Positions 59,052 to 64,000 of a stretch of 64,000 bases of DNA are shown here, piece after piece (the stretch's first letter is position 1; every line of letters starts with the position of its first letter). Both the position numbers and the translations under genes were made by a program. This DNA is from Candidatus Latescibacterota bacterium (GTDB lineage Bacteria; Latescibacterota; UBA2968). The DNA lies in contig OZ241986.1 in the NCBI GenBank assembly GCA_965204375.1, positions 4,160,001 to 4,224,000 of the forward strand, in the 5' to 3' direction. The notes beneath the pieces were generated by a model. It searched no databases, was not told where the DNA came from, and saw only the letters and a list, made by a program, of their open reading frames with translations.

Positions 59052-59669
59052 TCAAGTCCAACACTCCATGACGATATGGGCATATTTGAATCTTAAGAAA
59101 TCGTATTTCAGATGAACGCGAACGTGGGGAAACACCGACTCTGCGAGATACCTGTATTCGGGTACCGTTCTGATATGTTGTCCTCTGTCAAACCGGATCA
59201 TCGTTTTCGCCAGCAACGTCTGACCGTCCGTCACGCAGGGATCCAGAGTCACCAGACGCCCCCCCAACCGCAGGACCGCCCCAACCTTTTCGAAAAGGAC
59301 CACGACTTCGTCGTCATTCAAATGATGGAGAAGCGTAAAGGCCAAAGCGACATCGAACTTTTCCTCATCATCAAATTTTTCCGCGTTGACATCTCTGCAC
59401 CGAAAAATTCCCCTTTCACCATAGCGTGCCCTTGCCTGCCGGACATAGTTATAGTTCAAATCAAGGCCGATGTAGTCAACAGGTGGCATATACGCCAGGG
59501 CAAAACCGGTACCACAACCAATGTCCAGAACGCGCTGACCCGTTTCAACGCGAACATGGCGTTCTAAAATATCCTTACGTCCAGCGTAAGCACCAACGAG
59601 TTTCTGAAGACAGTCGTAAACGAACGGAACCGACAATATTTGCCTCAAACCCGTCGTAACCTGAGACAT
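59052..59669 (-). CDS. Class I SAM-dependent methyltransferase
   Basis: RVLDIGCGTG, GLDLN, FDVAL..LLHHL, LRLGGRLVTLDP. Confidence 0.9.
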   Translation of the reverse strand: MSQVTTGLRQILSVPFVYDCLQKLVGAYAGRKDILERHVRVETGQRVLDIGCGTGFALAYMPPVDYIGLDLNYNYVRQARARYGERGIFRCRDVNAEKFDDEEKFDVALAFTLLHHLNDDEVVVLFEKVGAVLRLGGRLVTLDPCVTDGQTLLAKTMIRFDRGQHIRTVPEYRYLAESVFPHVRVHLKYDFLRFKYAHIVMECWT

Positions 59670-59718
59670 GTAGAAGTACCCTTTAAAATTATTACTGCGG
59701 CACGGATCTTCGCGAGAC

Positions 59719-61479
59719 TCAAGGATTGGTGCTCTTACGGCGCAAAATATGCACGCCACCTGCCGCAGGTAAAGGCTCAAATTCGTGTCGAGATAGCTCA
59801 GCCCGTTGTGTTGTATGGTGATACACGTCCAATACCGCGGTCGCGTCGTAGTGCGTCTTAATTCTGTCCCAGTACTTCTGTTGCACCGGCCCAAAAACAA
59901 CAATCCAGTCGGGATCACATTGCCCAATGTAGAGAGACGCACGCAATGAATCGACTCTATCGCTCGGCAAGGGCGAATCTCTATCGAGCACACCGCAAAA
60001 CTTTATGCGATGACCAATGTAGAACGTCAGTTCCTCGCGTCCAATATAATACCCCGGAACATATATCAAATCGTCCTGTTCGGTATGTTGTAGCAAATAA
60101 TCGGCAACAGCCTGTATGGAATCGCGGTAAGGACGGTGAATTTCCCGGATGAACTGAAAAAGGTGAAAACCGAGTGTTCGCTCGCCAGTGTACACCGTAG
60201 GTATGTTGAAGGGCGCAGCCCCTGCGCTGGTAAACAGCAGGACAGAGATAACCGCCACACCCGCTATCTTCGACTTACGCCATATCGACTCGGCGAACAA
60301 CCCCTTCATCGCGAGCAGCAAAGGCAGCGCCGCCACGTAGTAGCGCAAATCAAGGGTCATCCCACGCAGCCAAACCGGTTGTACCGACAGCAGGGCCGAA
60401 AATAGCGCGAACAACGTGCCCAGAAACACAATTTTGCCGACTGCGATCACTGGCAGATCTTCACCACTCGCCTCTTTCGAAGCAGACTGTCTGTGTCTCG
60501 CACGCCTGACCTGCCTCGAGTGTTTGGCCGTTTTAGAAAGCCGCTTTCGCAAGACGAGGAACAACATGCCAGCAAACCATAAGAACACCGGCCATGAAAT
60601 CCAATCTGCGGCGAACAAGTCACGCACGCAAATCCAAATTCTAAGAAGAAACAGGGGTAGTGTGCCTTGATATTCTCCATAATCCCCGGTACGAAACGCT
60701 ACAGACGAATCGCTGTCCCCGCCGATTAGCCCGATAAAGACGAGATATGCCAGGCCAAGTGCGCCTATAATCAATCCACATGATCCAAAGGCCACCCATT
60801 CCCGAACCGTCGTCTCTCGGACGCGAAAGAGCAGGTGGTACCCGGCCAGCGCAAGCATCATCGCTGTTCCACACGCGTAGTGATTGAAAAATGCGAGTGC
60901 CGAAATTAATGTCACCACACCGAGACAAACGGGCTTTTTGGTCTGATAGTAGCGTTCATAAAAATAAAAACCGGCCATCATACACAGGATTGTAACCGCG
61001 TAATAGCGCGACTGGCGAAAATACAACAGCAGTTGCGCCGACCAGGCCACAAATAAAAATAAAAAGAACAACAAGCGCGGATGGTTTGGAAGATGTTGGC
61101 GCAAAATGAGATAAAAAAACACCAGTGCGAGAAACCCGACCAGCGCGTGCAGGATGCGCGCACTGGTCTCGTTGACGCCAAAGATGGCAAACCCCACCGC
61201 CGTGAGAACGTATTGCAGCGGTGGCGCGACATCGCGCAAATCCTCATTCAGTGATTTTCCATTGGGACCGCCCACGAGGTTTCGGCCATCCCAACCGACG
61301 ATGTCCCCCTGTTCCAGCAGATTCTTGCCGACAAAGCCGACCACCACCTCGTCGTGCCAGAGGCCAACGTAGTCCAGGTTCACCAGGCACAAATAGGCGG
61401 CCACGCCAAAAGCGCACAACGAAAGTGCCGGGTATGGCTGACCGCGTATCCGTTCGGATAGTCCTTTAACATTCACCAT
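59719..61479 (-). CDS. GT39/ArnT-like (GT-C fold) membrane glycosyltransferase
   Basis: LWHDE, PPLQY, FGVNETSAR, RQSRYY, multiple TM helices. Confidence 0.82.
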   Translation of the reverse strand: MVNVKGLSERIRGQPYPALSLCAFGVAAYLCLVNLDYVGLWHDEVVVGFVGKNLLEQGDIVGWDGRNLVGGPNGKSLNEDLRDVAPPLQYVLTAVGFAIFGVNETSARILHALVGFLALVFFYLILRQHLPNHPRLLFFLFLFVAWSAQLLLYFRQSRYYAVTILCMMAGFYFYERYYQTKKPVCLGVVTLISALAFFNHYACGTAMMLALAGYHLLFRVRETTVREWVAFGSCGLIIGALGLAYLVFIGLIGGDSDSSVAFRTGDYGEYQGTLPLFLLRIWICVRDLFAADWISWPVFLWFAGMLFLVLRKRLSKTAKHSRQVRRARHRQSASKEASGEDLPVIAVGKIVFLGTLFALFSALLSVQPVWLRGMTLDLRYYVAALPLLLAMKGLFAESIWRKSKIAGVAVISVLLFTSAGAAPFNIPTVYTGERTLGFHLFQFIREIHRPYRDSIQAVADYLLQHTEQDDLIYVPGYYIGREELTFYIGHRIKFCGVLDRDSPLPSDRVDSLRASLYIGQCDPDWIVVFGPVQQKYWDRIKTHYDATAVLDVYHHTTQRAELSRHEFEPLPAAGGVHILRRKSTNP

Positions 61480-62554
61480 GGACCTCATCAAAAGGCATTG
61501 CTCGTGTTTCCATATAAGCGCAGATCTGCTCACGGGTCACGCGGCCCATATCCGCGTCCCTCAAATGCGCCCTGTACCAATCAACCGTCATCTTCAAAGT
61601 CGTCGTCAAATCCAGCCGAGGGCACCAGTCCAACGCCGTCATCGCCTTTGTACTATCGATGGACAACAACCGCGTCTCAGGCGGATAATCCCGACAATCA
61701 ATCCTGTACTGCGCCCCATTTCCCCACAACTCTGCCACAGCATCGACGACCTCTTGCACAGACCGCGCATTGCCCGGCAACGGACCAAAATTAAACGCAT
61801 CAGCCAGTTTTGCCTCACCTCTCAGCAACGCTTCCGCCAGAGCGATGTACCCACCGAGCGGTTCCAACACATGCTGCCAGGGGCGCACCGAATGGGGCGC
61901 GCGAATCAACAACACCTCCTCCGCCCCAAAAGCACGCACAGCATCGGGAATCAGCCGATCTCGCGCCCAATCGCCGCCGCCAATCACATTTCCCGCCCGC
62001 GCCGTAGCAATCAGCAAATCCCGCTTGTCCTCTCCGGTGAAAGCCCGTCGATACGCGTGCGTCAACAACTCGGCACACGCCTTGCTGCTGCTGTATGGGT
62101 CGTCCCCCCCCAGCCGATCATTTTCCCGATATCCCCAAACCCATTCCCTGCTCTCGTAACACTTATCCGTCGTCACCACGACCACCGCCCGCACACGCTC
62201 GCACGCGCGAGCCGCCTCCAGAACGTGAGCCGTACCCATAACATTCGTCGAATAAGTCCCAATGGGATCTGCATAGCCGCGTTGCACCAGCGGCTGCGCC
62301 GCAAGGTGGAACACGACCTCTGCTTTGCTGCGAGACAGAGCTTCGCGTAGCGTGGGCAGGTCCCGAACATCGGCTATTGTGCTATCGACAATGCGATCAA
62401 TACCCGCAGCCGCAAACAAATTCGGCTCAGATTCCGGCAACAGGCCATAACCAAAAACCTGCGCCCCAACCTCGCGCAGCCACAAACTCAGCCATCCGCC
62501 CTTGAACCCGGTATGCCCGGTCACAAAGACGCGCCTTCCCTGCCACACATTCAT
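61466..62554 (-). CDS. rfbG: CDP-glucose 4,6-dehydratase
   Basis: VTGHTGFKGGWL, HLAAQPLV, TTDKCYE, DPYSSSK, RAGNVIGGGDW, RPWQHVLEP. Confidence 0.95.
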   Translation of the reverse strand: MNVWQGRRVFVTGHTGFKGGWLSLWLREVGAQVFGYGLLPESEPNLFAAAGIDRIVDSTIADVRDLPTLREALSRSKAEVVFHLAAQPLVQRGYADPIGTYSTNVMGTAHVLEAARACERVRAVVVVTTDKCYESREWVWGYRENDRLGGDDPYSSSKACAELLTHAYRRAFTGEDKRDLLIATARAGNVIGGGDWARDRLIPDAVRAFGAEEVLLIRAPHSVRPWQHVLEPLGGYIALAEALLRGEAKLADAFNFGPLPGNARSVQEVVDAVAELWGNGAQYRIDCRDYPPETRLLSIDSTKAMTALDWCPRLDLTTTLKMTVDWYRAHLRDADMGRVTREQICAYMETRAMPFDEVHGEC

Positions 62555-63333
62555 CAAACCGCCCCTTTCCAGCTCACCCAGGGCGGATTCCCGCTGTCCC
62601 ACAACTGTTCCAAATTGAGCTTGTCCCGAGGCGTATCCATGCAGTGCCAGAACCCGCCATGTCGGTAGGCAGTCAGTTCTCCTTCTGCGGCCAAACGCTG
62701 CATGGGACCGTACTCCCATATCACATCATCGCCATCAATGAGATCGAAAACCTCGGGAGACAGGACGAAGAAGCCACCGTTGATCCACCCGCTTTCTTGC
62801 GGTGGTTTCTCTTCAAAATGCGACACGAGATGCCCGTCCAACTCTATTGTACCGAACCGCCCCATAGGCCGCACGGCCGTGACCGTCGCCATTTTCCCGT
62901 GCGACAAGTGGAAATCAATCACCCGCCGGATATCCAGATCCGTAACCGCATCGCCATAAGTCATACAAAAAGTCTCATCCCCAATATAGTCGCGCACGCG
63001 CCTGATCCGCCCCCCCGTCTGCGTATCCATCCCGGTATCGGCAAGCGTCACGCGCCATGGCTCGACCTGGTCTTTGCCGTAATCGACCTTACCACTGGCA
63101 AGATCGACAAAAACATCGGAAACATAGCTGCGGTAATTGAGGAAATATTGTTTGATCACATCGCCTTTGTATCCCAGGCACACGACAAAATCGGACACCC
63201 CGTGCTGCTGGTATATTTTCATAATATGCCAGAGCATGGGCTGCCCGCCGATCTCGACCATCGGCTTTGGCCTGGTCGTCGTTTCCTCCGCCAGGCGCGT
63301 ACCCAGGCCACCTGCCAGAATAACTGCCTTCAT
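62554..63333 (-). CDS. rfbF: Glucose-1-phosphate cytidylyltransferase
   Basis: LAGGLGTRLAEET..PKPMVEIGG, TQTGGR, TYGD, WINGGFFV, GFWHCMDT. Confidence 0.96.
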   Translation of the reverse strand: MKAVILAGGLGTRLAEETTTRPKPMVEIGGQPMLWHIMKIYQQHGVSDFVVCLGYKGDVIKQYFLNYRSYVSDVFVDLASGKVDYGKDQVEPWRVTLADTGMDTQTGGRIRRVRDYIGDETFCMTYGDAVTDLDIRRVIDFHLSHGKMATVTAVRPMGRFGTIELDGHLVSHFEEKPPQESGWINGGFFVLSPEVFDLIDGDDVIWEYGPMQRLAAEGELTAYRHGGFWHCMDTPRDKLNLEQLWDSGNPPWVSWKGAV

Positions 63334-63445
63334 ATTTCGTCACTCCCATCGCCTATCAGGCGTTTGTTTTTTATCGCCTCGCACAACATAGATAAATAAT
63401 TTATATTTGTCACCCAAATATTCCCATCAATTTGTACTCAGCCAT

Positions 63446-64000
63446 TTACTCGTCAATCGCTATCCTGCGGCGCAAGATGTACACACCAGAGGCACCGGGA
63501 TCCAGCGGAGAAAAGGCGTGAAAATTCAGTTCGGGTCGCTGCGTCAGATAAAAATGGACTTTGAGCTTGGCGACGACCTCGTAACTCGCTGCGAACTGCT
63601 CCACCGTTCCCTGGCGCAATCCCCCGAAGCCGATAATCCAGTCGGGTGTGTTATGCTCAATGTAGAGCGGTGCCTCTAACTCCGCCACTTTCTCCCTGGG
63701 CAGTGGCGTATTCTCGTCCAGAGTGCAACAATACAGCACGCGGTCGCCGACATAGAAAATCAGCGTTCCACCGTCGGCCAAGCCCGGCACGTACACCAGA
63801 TCGTCTTGCCTGGCATGGGTCAGCAAATAATCGGAAACCATCCGTATGGAATCGCGGTAAGGCCGGTGAATTTCGCGAACGAACTGAAAAAAGTGAAAAC
63901 CAAGCGTTCGCTCACCAGTGAATACCATGCTCAGATTAAACGGATATGCCCCGATACTGGTCAACAGCAGCATAGCTATAGCCGCCGCACCAGCGATCTT
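63446..64000 (-). CDS. GT39-like glycosyltransferase paralog (3' part; truncated by the window edge)
   Basis: FTGERTLGFHFFQFVREIHRPYRDSI closely matches the 59719 gene. Confidence 0.82.
   Translation of the reverse strand, partial: KIAGAAAIAMLLLTSIGAYPFNLSMVFTGERTLGFHFFQFVREIHRPYRDSIRMVSDYLLTHARQDDLVYVPGLADGGTLIFYVGDRVLYCCTLDENTPLPREKVAELEAPLYIEHNTPDWIIGFGGLRQGTVEQFAASYEVVAKLKVHFYLTQRPELNFHAFSPLDPGASGVYILRRRIAIDE

Overview
Bacterial chromosomal window with about 50 protein-coding genes. I found no tRNA, rRNA or CRISPR array. The + strand is strongly C/A-rich, consistent with the whole window lying on one replichore. Main content: (1) housekeeping and metabolic genes (acnA, gpmI, an rlmB-like methyltransferase, three sulfatases, a Zn-dependent alcohol dehydrogenase, a TRAP transporter, namZ, a nicotinamidase, an ABC exporter next to DUF1854); (2) four toxin-antitoxin-like pairs plus Uma2, AAA/DUF4143 and a frameshifted AAA/PD-(D/E)XK gene; (3) a complete UBact (Pup-like)-proteasome operon, arc-dop-ubact-prcB-prcA-pafA; (4) three large secreted surface proteins behind a perfect sigma70 promoter, carrying Calx-beta-like repeats and dockerin-like, cohesin-like and FlgD-Ig-like tails; (5) a CDP-sugar/glycosylation cluster (rfbF, rfbG, two GT39, methyltransferase, sulfotransferase, kinase, epimerase, GT2, split transketolase). 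The least explained signal is a set of modular intergenic repeat cassettes. They sit exactly on gene boundaries, often supply the stop codon or replace the Shine-Dalgarno sequence, mostly share one strand polarity, and in one case (prcB/prcA) are flanked by a 24-bp duplication that regenerates the RBS and start codon. A lineage near Latescibacterota/Handelsmanbacteria is an inference from gene content only. All family calls come from motif recognition, not database searches.
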